Source: Hydrurus foetidus
Taxonomy: Eukaryota
Direction of reading: 5' to 3'
Assembly (NCBI GenBank): GCA_900617105.1
Contig: UYFQ01000542.1
Location: 1 to 50,012 of the forward strand
DNA: 50,012 bases
Shown here: positions 32,301 to 50,012 of the stretch, piece by piece
Position numbering within the stretch: the first letter of the stretch is position 1
How the letters are laid out: each line of letters begins with the position of its first letter
The notes under the pieces: model-generated
What the model was told of the DNA's origin: nothing
Database searches by the model: none
The model's input: the letters and a program-made list of their open reading frames with translations, nothing else
Translations under genes and position numbers: made by a program

Positions 32301-35300
32301 TGCGAATACCTCTCATCGTATATTTCTTCACGTGTGTCTCGTTTAGTACCGTGCCATATCTACGAATCTGATCACTCCCCAACCCTCTTCCTTCCTCACA
32401 CAGACACACACATCTCCTCTTCCCCCCCTTCCCCCTACACACACATACACACTCTCTCTCTCTCCCACACTCTCTCTCTCTCTCTCTCTCTCACACATAC
32501 ACACTTCTTCTCTTCCCTTTCGTGCTGTAGGTTTCATCGGGGGCAGCGGGGCACCAGACTTCCTCTTCTTCGAAACAGGGAGAGCTTCTCACATCCATCA
32601 AGAGGTGAGGCGCGAAGTGTGATTAAGATGAGTTAAGATGAGAGAAGGGTGATGTATCGTGGATAGTGCTTCTACCTCTCTTGCTGATAAGTCACACGTT
32701 TAAGAAAAAGAAACAACCCTCGCAAATTATTCGCGCTGTGCCGTGCCGTGCCGTGCCGTGCCATGCCATACCATACAATACTATTTTGTATTTAATGAAA
32801 TCTAATCCCACCCATCTCCTCCATATCCATCCCCTTTAATCCGTCCCCATCCCTCTCTATGCCATGCGCTCTCTACTTCAACCATGATTAGGTACTATAG
32901 CAACGCATTCACCGACATGGTCAAACAAGATGCCATGAACGTCTTCCTGGGGTGCTACATACCCACGGAGATGTTTGTGCATCTGTGGGACCTCGACAGC
33001 GACTACTACCTGCACAACCGATCATACAGACCGCCCACACCACACACCAACCGCATTCTACATGAGGTGAACCTGCTCACTGCTAAGAAAGAGAAGGGGG
33101 AGGGGAAGGAGGAGAAGTCTGGCTATCTAGATGGACTCACTTGTGGGGCTGACAGTCGAGTCATAGCCGAGGATGTTTTGGGGGAAAAGATCGCCAAGAG
33201 ATATTTCATAAAGTGCGGCACCAATCGACAGGAGGACGCCGGGTGCATGCAGACTATTGCAGGTGAGAGTGCTCTTAGGGGGTTCCATCGAGTTCAAAAT
33301 GTCACTGGTCCCTCCTCATGTCTGGCAGTGGGAGAGGGGAGAGGGGAGAGACAAGGGGAGGGTCGAGTCGGACATGATGGTGTGGACCTTAGACTGGAAT
33401 CAGGTATCTCGATGAGAGGCTGATGGCCGTATACTGACTGCTATCCCTCTTGCAGATCCCTAGTACAGATTGTGTTTGTGTCCATGCTAGTGAATGTATG
33501 CATGTGTGTATGCATGCGCGCTGCTGCGACCTTCTCGAATACCTTGTCATAACCCACCACGAACACTGTTGCTTTAGCAGTGTTACTTTGCAGTGTAAAC
33601 CAGTCTATGTAACATCCAATGACCCCTTTTTCACTCTCCTGTTAACCATCATATTACGTCACGTCACCCATTCTCTATCTTAACCTCCCTCCCCTTCCCT
33701 TCCCTGTCCACTCTTCTTCGTCTGTATGATACATCAGAGTACAGCAGTATCCTAGCAGGTATCGTAAGGGCGGAGCTGAGCAGAGGGCGGGTGCGTGCAG
33801 TGGAGAGACGGGTAGAAGAGGCTTCAGAGATGTGGTGGAGAGAGGTGAGACATGTACATTTGATGCAATCTGACTGTGCCACTAAATTTACTGTGGTTGA
33901 ACTAGTCTTAGTCTGAGTGACATGATCACTTGCTAGCTAGACCAATCAGTGTAGTGCAACTCCGTTTTTAAGAGACCTCATCAAAAAAAAAAAAAACTCC
34001 GTTTTTTTTAAGTCTTTCGTGACTGTATCAAATAAACCAAAACAGGTTGCACAATCGTGTAACTTGTGCATGCATCCATGGTGGTCATCACACGACATTT
34101 CATCTCTCCCCTTGATGAAGCTCTGAGGTGTGGTGTGGTGATAAGAATCTCGTATGGGGGTTGATATATAGCTCCAAGCGCACAGCTGCCTATATCTCCT
34201 CATCACAATGATCTCATGTGCTGAGAAACCTTCCTAACAAGTGTTCAGTAAGGAGATTTCTTGTATTCACGCTCATTAAACTCCATCTGACTGCATCGCA
34301 GGCACTGCACGACTTCAAGGCGAGGAGACAGTGGATGGCACTACCACCCCCCCTCACAGGTAACGACAGAACAAATAGATGAATTAGGATAGAAGAAAAT
34401 GAAATGAATTAGAAGAAAATGAAGAGTAGAGTAGAGTAGAGTAGAGTAGAGTAGAGTAGAGTAGAGTAGAGTAGAGTAGAGAGAGAAAGAATTAAATGGA
34501 GCGTAAGCGATTATTTGCACTATCTTGAGAAGACTTTAAGTGCGTCTCTTTCCTGCCCTTGCATTCCATTGCATCGCATTCTTCGCCTTTACCCTGATGC
34601 CCTCCTGAGCCACCCTACCATATCCTTCCCTGCCCATGGTGCTCCATCTCTACCGTCAGGTCTGGCCCGATCGTACTTCGAACGTATGTACGATCCAGAG
34701 CGTCTTACCTCTTTTGACTCTCTGCTCTCCGCTGAGTCATTCACTGCTCCTCTGGACGCTGGTCAGAGACGCACAGGTGAGAACACCTCCATGGAGTGCT
34801 CATGTTGTGCGCTATGAGAAAACAGGGACAGAGCTGATGAGGGGATATTAAACCCTTCTCACCCTCTCTCCACGTCATCCCTCCTCTCCTCTCCTCCCCC
34901 CTTCCCTCTCTTCCCTCCTCCTTCCCTCCTCTCCCCTTTCCTTCCCTTTCCTGTTGGAACTCACAGCTGACGAGTTCGATGACGTCATCCTCGACAACTC
35001 CTCCGTCTGCACGTCTGGAATCAAGGGCCAGGGTCTCTCTCCCAGCATGCGGACCTTAAGAGTGAGCATCGAGTCAGCCAACAAGACGGGAGTGATCGAA
35101 GGGAAGAGGCAAGAAACAGGAAGCATCAGCAGCGGTGGAGTGTCCGTTTCAACGTACCCTCAATCAGTACGAGGGGCGGCACAAGATCAGGGTGCTGCAG
35201 TCGCGGTGTACGGAGTAGCTCAAATCAACTCCTCCTCCTCTTCTTCTTCTTCCTCCCCCTCTATCTCCACCTCCTCCACCTCCACTCCTCTCTCTGCCTT

Positions 35301-35499
35301 CAATCCCACCAGCGATGTCTCTCCGGCCAACACAGCGGTCAACAGCTTCTATAGAACAAATTACTCCTCTGTCTTTCACAACTATCGGTCCTTGACATCC
35401 CCTCCCCGCTCCCCCAGACTATCTGGCTACAACAACTATGTGAGAGTGAATGCAAATGTCATGAGCGACAGTGCAGCCGCCGCTGACAACCTGCTCGGC

Positions 35500-35557
<58 letters not shown>

Positions 35558-38500
35558 TTGAAGACGGTGACAAAATGACAGCGGACAGCGGCATACCCCG
35601 CCTCGAAGACCCCAACCTCTCCAGCACGGGGGGGTTCCTGAGTAAATACGTGCGTGACATCGGGTTGAGGGCTCGATCCCTGGTGGGGGGTCTGCTGAAA
35701 AGAGAAGAGGCGGTGCAGGTATGATCGACAGCTTGATGTACTGTACTGTACTGCACTGTAGTGGACTGTGATGTGCTGAGTGTGCATCATGTAGTGTGTG
35801 TGCTTCGCATCTTGCACTTCCCAGTGCATTCACTCTAACCTATCTGTCTATCTGTCTGTCTCTCCTTCTTGTTTTCCTTTCACCCATCTATGTTGCTCCC
35901 AGTCATTCGATGAAGGCGCTGCGAAGAGTTTGGAGGACAGCGGCGCAGGTAACTATTTCTTCTGCTCTCCTCCACTTCTCTATTTCACTAATTTGTTCTC
36001 TCTCTTCTCTCTCACTCTCACTCTCACTTTTTGACTTTCTCTCACTGGCTCTCTTTTTTTTTCGTATTGCATGCCACGACCTTATGGATGTATAATTATG
36101 CGTGACTTCATGTCTAGTGCCCATTACTCTTCCCCTGTAGCCTGTCTGTAATTCGCATACAAGGTACTGCCAACTCACTAAGTCACCATCACCTCAGCAT
36201 CGAGGTCGTTGCAGTGGAGACTTTCCACCCTGTCCACCGAGCCATCCCTTTCCTCGCCCTCTGCCCTTATGTACGCCATGTACGCAGACACCGACCTCCG
36301 ACACACTCCCCTCCTGGATGATGCTGCATTCTCCGCTGCTCTCTCACAAGAGCACAGCAGCGGCCTGGAGGAGAGCAAGGGCGATAAGACGGAACTCCAC
36401 CTCGGAGAGAGAGAGAGGGAGGTGAACACCCGCTATTGCCCCTCTTGTCTCCGATCGCCTATTACTCCCCTGTTGTCCATCACAACCATTCTTGTCCCCT
36501 CCTTCATTGCACCCTGCTATCCTCTATCTCTGACTCTTTCCCTCCCCTCCCTCCCCCTATGTCTTGTCAGTCTCAATTCATGGCATCTCTGGAGGAGCTG
36601 AGTGTGTGTTCCAGCGATGTGAAGGGCATGCAGAGGCTCAGCGCCATGGGGTGCGTGGGTGCGGTGATCCCTATGGGGATGTACGAGGGCATGGACCAAC
36701 AAGAGTCAGCAGGTACGAGAGGGGAGGAAAGGAGAGTTCGAGAGAGGAGAGTGAAGTTGAAGAGGAGAGAGTGATGGAGAGGAGGGTGAAGGTGAGGAGA
36801 GATGTAATGAAATAGAGGGAGGAAGAGGGGAAGGAGAAGAGAGAAGACATGGAAAGTTACGACGGATGTAACAATAGACACTGAACTATGCAAATGTAAT
36901 TTCACCCTCAATTGGCTCCTCTAACTCTTCTCACAGTGATGACGCACGGTCTGCTAGAAGCCTCCTTGCTCTCTGCTGAGCTCTCCCTCTCCCAGTCCCT
37001 CTCCAAGTCCCAGTCTCTAAATCGCTCAGAGGATCATTATGCAGACTACACCTCCCTCAACACGTGGAAGACGAAACAGACGGGAGGAGAGGGGGACAGC
37101 GGCAGATCCAGCACGCGCTCTCAAGACCAGCTGTACCGCTCGCCTATCCGTGCGAGACCTCTGTCAGGCACCTACACCCAGCCAGTCGTGAGTCCTGCTG
37201 GTACTCTTCAGAGCAGTGCAGAAGTCAGCGTGTCGACTAGCAACGCCAGCAGCGAGAAGGGAACGAAGACGCGCAGCCTGACCCCCACACCTCATGACCT
37301 CCCTCTCCCTCTCTCACCCCAACACTCCTCCTCCTCTTACTCTCCAGTGAAGTCCAGACATCGAGAGACCGATGCTGGCAGCAGCATGGGTGTTGTGCGA
37401 CCGCCCTCTCTGTCCATTGACAGCACTGCGTCCCAACAGAGTCTTGACAGACACAGAGAGAAGGCAAGGGAGGTGGAAAGGGAAAAGGAGGAGAGATTCC
37501 ATAAGCTGTCCTTCCGAACGTTCCACCACTTGGGGGGTTCGAACAGTCGATCCGCCTCTCCCCTGCAGAAGCACCACAGTAGCAGCGCTCAAGACAGCTC
37601 TCCCATCCACACACCCTTCGAGCAGTACGATTCAACCGTGTCCTATTCTCGAGAAGCTTCTCTAGCAGACCTGCAACACGGAGGCTCCGCATGGCGGAAC
37701 ACCAACCATAGCTACACCTTCAGCGCCAGTGTCTGTCCAAACAATTACCCTCATGCTGCTGCTGCCGACATGGACAGTGCTGTGTGTGTGACCGGTCCCC
37801 TCTCGGATGACCCCAGACAGCCCTCCTCATCCAGCAGTGGCACTGGCAGTGGCCTAGATGCCTACAAAGCGGAGGAGAAGGACAGTCTCGAGGGGACCGG
37901 CACGGGGGGAGGAATGGGGACAGGTTCTAGGATAGGAGGTCTTCCCAAAGGGATCATCGACAGAATGACGACTCTGGTACTAAATCACTATCGCGTCATA
38001 TTGCTGTAGTGACTTCTTTTGCTCTCTTGTGTTGTTTATTTTGAAGTCAAAACTGGTAGGATGCTAGACAGGGCCACTGACTCCAATGTGAAGGAGGGCT
38101 ATCAGTGTATGTGACGTGATGTGACTTGACGTACATCTGTCAGATTGTAGATCGATCGATGGATGAATGAACTCTTATCACCTCTGCTCCTTGTGCGGTC
38201 TTTTCACCACTAGCCTGGCCTCCATCTGCCTCGTGATTCGACACAGTGCAGTACTGGAACGCCTCCCGTCCTCTGCACCTGACCATTCCCCTACCCCTAT
38301 CACTACGATAGTCCGCATAAGTGTGACCATCTTGCCGGCACATTACCTACACTCTCATCACTTGGGAATCACGTCACCTTCTTTTGTCTCACGGACCTCT
38401 TTCTTACCTCACCCTTCCTCACTAACCCCTCTCTCACTTCATCTCCCTTCACTTCACCTCACCTTACGTCACTTACCTTTATCTCACCTCACTGCACTTT

Positions 38501-40246
38501 ACCTACTCTTATCTCACTGCACTTCACTTACACTTATGTCACTTCACTTTAACTTACCTCGCCTCATCTCTCCCTATCTCACTTCCCTTTCTTTCACTAC
38601 CTTTCCCTTTCTTCCTTTCCATCAGGCAAGGAGTGCGAAGCTGTCAAGGGGTCTCGAGTTCGAAGCACTCAAAAGAGCAGCAACGCTCAAAGCAGAGAAG
38701 GTAAAGTTGGAGATTGGAGAGGAGAGATGAGAACGCAAAAAAAAGAGGGCTATAGAAGACAAGAGGAGAGAACAAAAAAGGGCAGATAAAATAAGTGTTG
38801 AAAGTGCGGCATAAAAGAGAAGATGAGATAAGACAATTGAGAGAGAAAACCCCTCGAGCGGTGCACGGATGAATACCGACAGAATGACCATCATGTTGTC
38901 CGTACACGTCCTGTTGATGCGGATGTGGGTCTTTCAGAGACGCCACTTTCCTTCGCCGTAGCAAAATGTTGCAAAACGTCTGATTGGCTCTAATCCTCCC
39001 ATTATTCTATTCATCACCGACACTCTCTTTTCTCACCCTCTTCCTCATCCCCTCTTCATTCTATTTCTCCTCGCCCTCTTCTTCCTCTCCTCTCCTACGC
39101 TTTCCTCTCACATCTCCTCTCCTCTGTGACTGTACCTTGACCACAGGAGTACTATGCCCGTGTGATCGAATCGGATGTGCTCTCAAGGAGACTGGCAGGG
39201 CACACCTCAGAGGAAGAGGTGTTGGAGTACGCACGGGTGAGTCACTGCTCCCCATTTCTTGAATTTGACATTCCCTTCTTTCTTCATCTTTCGCCTTACT
39301 CCCTCTCCGACACTCTTCACTCTCCCTCCTCCCTGTTCCCTTACTCCCTCTTCAACACTTCCCTGTCCCTTACCCTTCACCTCAGCTATTCGACAAGGAC
39401 AATCTCGCCTCCGAGTTGGAGAGTTTGATGTTCGTATGCAGTGACCCTGTAAGTACAGCCGGTCCGTTCCTGGAACTGAAGAGACTGGAGGCATCCCTCA
39501 TAGCACATAGGAACGTTCACTTCAACTTCAAGTCGGACACAGCGGATCATGACAAGAGTAAGATAACGCCTACACTGGAGATGAGTTGTTATAGTTCTTT
39601 CAAGAGCGCCAAGAGCAAGAGCAGAGTCGTAAAGGATCAGAATACTCATCGCGATGGAGATTACAGGGAGTGCCTGAACAAAGGAGAGATGAAGACGAGA
39701 GAAGGACTACAAAAACAAGAGAGAGAAAGAGGAGGATTAAGAGAGAAAGGAACTATTTGCGGAAACGAAAGAATGCAGACCGAAAGAAGAAGAAGAACAA
39801 GGAGGAGGAAGACAGGGGCAGAAGATAAAGAAGGAGAGAGAGAAGGAGAGGGAGGTGCAGAGTGGGGAGTGATCGAAGATGTGGGTGTCCCCAAGATGAC
39901 TCCTGCCCCCAGAGAGTTCCTCGGGTTCTCTCCTTTGGGGCCAGACCACTACACCTCCCTCGCTGACCCGTGTCTGCAGGTGAGAGAGAAAGAAAGAGAG
40001 ACAGTGACTATTCGTAGGAGTGGGAGAAAGGGAGATGATGAGTGGCTGTGAGGGAGAGGGAAATAAAGTGTATTCACTAATTCACTACACTGCATCTGTT
40101 ACCATCAGGCGTAATGTGATGGAACGATGAACCTGATCCTCGCTTCACTCTTCTCATTTTGCCTCTCATCAAATTCACTGCAGATGAACGAGATAGCTGT
40201 GCGATCATTTCTGAGGGCGACCACATCCCTCACCACTGCTGACTGA
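26521..40246 (+). CDS. FIG4: Polyphosphoinositide phosphatase (SAC domain, FIG4/SAC3 type) with large insertions and a long C-terminal extension, about 25 or more exons
   Basis: [75 protein letters not shown], catalytic [29 protein letters not shown] and [18 protein letters not shown]. The true start may be upstream. The last exon (40184-40246) is inferred from splice phase. Confidence 0.88.
27599..27730 (+). repeat. (TC)n microsatellite and pyrimidine tract in a FIG4 intron
   Basis: Direct reading. Confidence 0.9.
29191..29375 (+). repeat. (CA)n-rich compound microsatellite in a FIG4 intron
   Basis: Direct reading; includes a duplicated exon/intron junction. Confidence 0.9.
30854..31554 (+). 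repeat. ~700-bp (ACTG)n tetranucleotide array with recurring GATACGCT variant units
   Basis: Direct reading; lies inside intron 30826-31665 of FIG4. Confidence 0.97.
34425..34481 (+). repeat. (GTAGA)n pentanucleotide microsatellite
   Basis: Direct reading; intronic. Confidence 0.95.
35500..35556 (+). repeat. (AAC)19 coding repeat giving poly-asparagine
   Basis: In frame in the exon within ORF 34954-35724 (LLG-N19-IEDG). Confidence 0.9.
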
Positions 40247-41274
40247 TGAGCACTGATAAAGACCGATGAGACATGTTACGTACTGGTCAAAACTGATGAT
40301 GACTGGTGAGGGATGATGAGCAATGACGGCTGATGAGCATTGGTGAGGCATCAAGGGGATGGACGTACAAGGGGTGGATGTGGGTTGAGTCTTCCCACCC
40401 CTCATCTCTTACCCCCTTGAGAGACAGTTGACAGTTGAACTGAAGGTCCATCAGCACGGTGATGATTGCTATGACCTTCATTTCTCTTCTATTACAACTG
40501 TTTGGTACCTTATACACACTCTCTTTGCTTTCCTGATTTTCTCTAACTTGTAATTTCTTCACACAGGGGCAGCAGTGCTATCACATCACATGTCCACTCA
40601 CTCTCAGACACAGTGCGCTGCACTGCATAGCTGATCACGTTGTTCACGTGTTGACGTGACATCTGACAGTGTGTATGTCAGAGAAAAGACCCCCCCCCCC
40701 CCTACACACACACACACAGATAGACAGCAAGCCAGCGGAGAGAGTTAATGTACAGTCATGTGACTAATTGTGCGTACTATATTGCATTACCATAGGAGGC
40801 TGTGACGCTGACACTACTTGATTGCTTCATTACTTGTTAACTATATTTAGAGGAGGTGCCTTTTACTTGATGAAATGACGTATGGACAACATCAGATAAC
40901 AAGTAAGCTACTTCGTTCCGCCAAAATTTCAGTGTTTTTTGAACTCTTCCTAAGAGCTGTACTTCGAAATGCGCGACAAAATGAACGGCCCTACTAGACG
41001 CTGTTAATCTGCTTCCGTTGTACTTCTTTATCTCGACCGTCAGACCCTTATCTCAACCCCACTAAACACCCAGAGATCGCCCAGCAATCTCGAGATTCTG
41101 CATAATGCATACAAATTTCTCGCATGACATACGAAAAATATGTCGAAAAACTGGTGTCAAGTGTCCAAGTGCAGCTGCTGCTAATTGCTGCCGATTGCCG
41201 ATGGAGATCAACCAACATTCCAAGATTATCATTTCAGTTGGTCATAGTCTAAAGCAGATTGCAACTCTGATGAG

Positions 41275-42048
41275 ATGTATCAACTTTCTAGAGCAAGCCA
41301 CGCATTTCTAGCGGTATTTGTGTTTCTAGGCCACTGGGCTTCGAGCTTAACAACTACCATGCCTAAGATATCAAATTTAAGAGCAGTCCTGTGGGATGTC
41401 GATGGAACCTTAGCTTACACGTCCAAGTTGTGCTTCGACAGCACCAATGCCGTTATGAGAATGAACGGATTGCCGGAGATCGGAGAGGAAGCATATCACA
41501 TGGGAACAAAGCTGACAACCCCACGTCGAATGGCCTGGCACTGTACTGGAAATCCTGATGATGTTTGTGGCATTGCATTAGGAGATCAGTTCGATGAGCT
41601 TTACGTCAAATTGGTAACTTTAGAGACGGCAGAATTCTACGCTGGCATACCAGAGGTATTAAAATCACTTGTGAAAGAGTACCCAACTCTCCGCCATGGT
41701 GCATTGTCAAATGCGTGTGGTGCATATGTTCGGGCGGTTTTGCTAGTGAATGGGGTGACAGATGATTTTGCGATTGGCTTGGGTGCTGACGAGGTGCCAG
41801 CAGCAAAACCTAGTGGTGACGGTTTGCTACAGATTTGTAACACGATGCAAATTGATCCATCGCACTGTATTTACGTTGGTGACTCCCCAAGCGATGGTCA
41901 TGCAGCGACAAATGCTGGCATGTCAAGCATTGGAGTTACATGGGGCAGTCATCCTGTGGAGTCAGTGAAGCCAGCTTTCACCCGCATGGTGCACAGCACA
42001 GAGGAACTGGGACTCGCTCTTCTCGAGATGTTGAAAGGTTCAATGTGA
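41275..42048 (+). CDS. HAD-superfamily hydrolase, phosphoglycolate phosphatase (Gph)-like, with an N-terminal signal peptide
   Basis: Motif I WDVDGTL, motif II LSN, motif III AKP, motif IV VGDSPSDG..A..AG and GVTWG. Hydrophobic leader FLAVFVFLGHWASS. Confidence 0.88.
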   Translation: MYQLSRASHAFLAVFVFLGHWASSLTTTMPKISNLRAVLWDVDGTLAYTSKLCFDSTNAVMRMNGLPEIGEEAYHMGTKLTTPRRMAWHCTGNPDDVCGIALGDQFDELYVKLVTLETAEFYAGIPEVLKSLVKEYPTLRHGALSNACGAYVRAVLLVNGVTDDFAIGLGADEVPAAKPSGDGLLQICNTMQIDPSHCIYVGDSPSDGHAATNAGMSSIGVTWGSHPVESVKPAFTRMVHSTEELGLALLEMLKGSM

Positions 42049-43358
42049 TCGACTTCTGTGCAGACGATTCTTCCTTTCATCCATGAAATGGTCACTGTAG
42101 ACGGTGACTGTAACAGGGCATGCTCCTTGACACGATGAATGTATAAATTGCAAAGTGTTGCTGCTAAGAGGAGAAAGACAAGTGGTGAGCCTCAGTCAGA
42201 TGCCACCTTGTCTGTACTGTACCAATTGGTAAGGGAACAAAGTGCAGTATGATTAGAAGGGACATCAAACTGGGAATATTCGCTGAATAAGTACGTGCAG
42301 TGGTTTAGGGTAGGCTCTCATTGCCTTCTATACAGTTTCAGCGAGACAACGAGTCTCCATTCCCGGTGATAGTCTATAGCAGACCCACTCAATATCACGG
42401 AACTGCCATCTAATAATTTGAATGAAAATATCACTGCTTATAATATAAATGTTCGGAATCTCGATTCACTGCCCTAAACAAATTCTGCAAAATGCCGCCA
42501 AACAAAAGCTATTTAATGCTACTGATTGAATATTCTGCTGATTTTCTGCAAGCCTAATTGACGAATGTCATGGGAAGGTTGTTCCCCCCCCCATCCACCT
42601 GTACAGTAGTTGTGTGGGGTGTGGGGTCCCTCTCGTACTCTATCCCAGTATAGCACAGTTGTGCATACGTGCTTGTGTCTGTATGGATCAGCATGAGACA
42701 TCTTTGACATCTCTAATCTCTTCCTGCGACATCTCAGTTGCATACCCACCCAGACTACTTCCTCCCTCTGTACAAACCAAAGTGCTTACCCTATCCTACC
42801 GACTACCCACCCCTGGTTACCACCTTGATCACAGTTGCTGTTACTCTGGTAGATGTTGTGGTTGAGTAGGAAATGGACGCACACCCGGTAAAATTAGAGG
42901 GTCTTTCCGATAAGAAACCTCAACATGTGTGGGAGCTGAACTGGATTTTTCTGAACTACTAAAAACTAAAAGGACACAATTAATTGAATTTGAAAGTAAG
43001 AATTGCTCGAAAGATCGCAATTCTTCAAATTGAAACAGAATTGGCTACAAATTTTCAAAAGAAGAGCAGTAATTTTAGAATTAATGTGCGATTTAAATAA
43101 TTGTACAAATAGTGTAGGTTTAGAAGGAAATTTTCATCGATTTCTCGATCAGGAGGATTTCAATGCATGGTGTATATCCAAACGCCTCGAGATGACCGTC
43201 AACACTGGAGCTACTTCGGCTGACGAAACATTGTTGTATAATGAATGCGTAGAACAGCGTCCAAAGCTTCATCGCTGTAAAATACTGTCCGAAACTTCAA
43301 AAAATTATTGTATTTAATTAAAAGTTCTACAATTATTGTTCATAGTTGTAGATGGACG

Positions 43359-43950
43359 CAGAGGTGACCAACGATTAATTGAACGATTAATCGTGACACT
43401 AAAAATCTCAACAATTAATTATACGATTAATTATTCGCTAGACTACGATTATCCATAATCGCTACGATTAATCGTAGCGATTATCTTCACAATAATTGTT
43501 ATTAATTACTCACCACGATTAATCGATTTGATTAATTATCGCAATTATTGTGACAATTAATCGCTATAGTCGACACTGCCTTCTCAGTCACATTTATATA
43601 ATAGATTGTTATATAATATAATAGAGAAATGATGTCGATGGTGGAGTGCAGAGCATGTCTCTCGTACAAACTGAAAACTTTCTGACCACAGGAATGGCAC
43701 AGGAGATTAATCGTACCCATTAATCAAGACAATTAATCGTCACAATTAATTAATACGATTAATTAATACGATTAATTGTATTAATTAATTAATCGTTTTT
43801 CTACCACTATTTTTGGTACGATTAATCGTACAATTAATCGTTAATCGAGATCTTCCCAAATTCTTCAAACGATTAATAATTGTTAATAACGATTAATCGT
43901 CGATTAATCGCGATTAATTGTGCCTCACAATTATTGTTTGGTCAGCTCTG
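43359..43950. mobile_element. Non-autonomous hAT-type DNA transposon (MITE), 592 bp
   Basis: Perfect 8-bp target-site duplication GATGGACG (43351-43358 and 43951-43958). TIRs CAGAGGTGACCAA / TTGGTCAGCTCTG (12/13 match). Dense subterminal CGATTAATCG-type repeats on both arms. Confidence 0.92.
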
Positions 43951-44236
43951 GATGGACGGAGGGTTTGAAGAAAATTAAAAATTATTGATTTCACTTCATG
44001 GTAGTGAATTGCTAGATAGGTATCCAGTTGCTACAGAATTCGCGATCTTATGACTGTTCAAGAACGTTTTCAATCTCGTACTTGTATCTCAGCATGGGAC
44101 ATCACACTTATAGATGATAACTTTGGAGTGAGTCAAAGTACCAAAATATTAAAACTAATTCTATGGGCGGTGACAAGTTTGTTCGGATAGGAATATTATT
44201 TTTGAGTCACTTCATCGTAATAGAGTCATGGAATGA

Positions 44237-50012
<5,776 letters not shown>

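Noticed and set aside
43359..43950. Repeat cluster as a CRISPR-like array or replication origin
   Set aside because: Repeats are 8-12 nt and irregularly spaced, and TIRs plus an 8-bp TSD explain them as a hAT MITE.

Overview
Eukaryotic nuclear DNA with GT-AG introns and many microsatellites. It is probably from a stramenopile alga (inference from gene content and a possible bipartite plastid-targeting leader). Positions 1-4726 are the right-hand edge of a nested LTR-retrotransposon stack. A minus-strand Gypsy-like element (5' LTR 2292-2509, gag-like ORF of more than 580 codons running off the window) sits in the integrase of a chromovirus (GPF motif, chromodomain, PPT, LTR 3343-3525). That element sits in a Ty1/copia RNase H (3526-3977, LTR about 4158-4348), which abuts a fourth LTR remnant ending at 4726. 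The three Gypsy-type LTRs share the 12-mer GTAAGCTAACCA and a GGCCACA end. The only 5' LTR in view is followed by a perfect 12-bp palindrome instead of a tRNA primer-binding site. From 5.3 kb onward the window is gene-dense: NOL11/Utp8-like protein, rhomboid-like probable pseudoprotease, GT92 glycosyltransferase, FHIT, CCT6, an unknown-domain plus ankyrin protein with an apparent frameshift, a greatly expanded FIG4/SAC phosphatase (about 14 kb, one GC-AG intron), a HAD/phosphoglycolate-phosphatase-like enzyme, and a 3'-truncated Kelch-repeat gene. A clean hAT-type MITE with an 8-bp target-site duplication lies at 43359-43950. All calls come from manual reading and motif recall; no database search was run.
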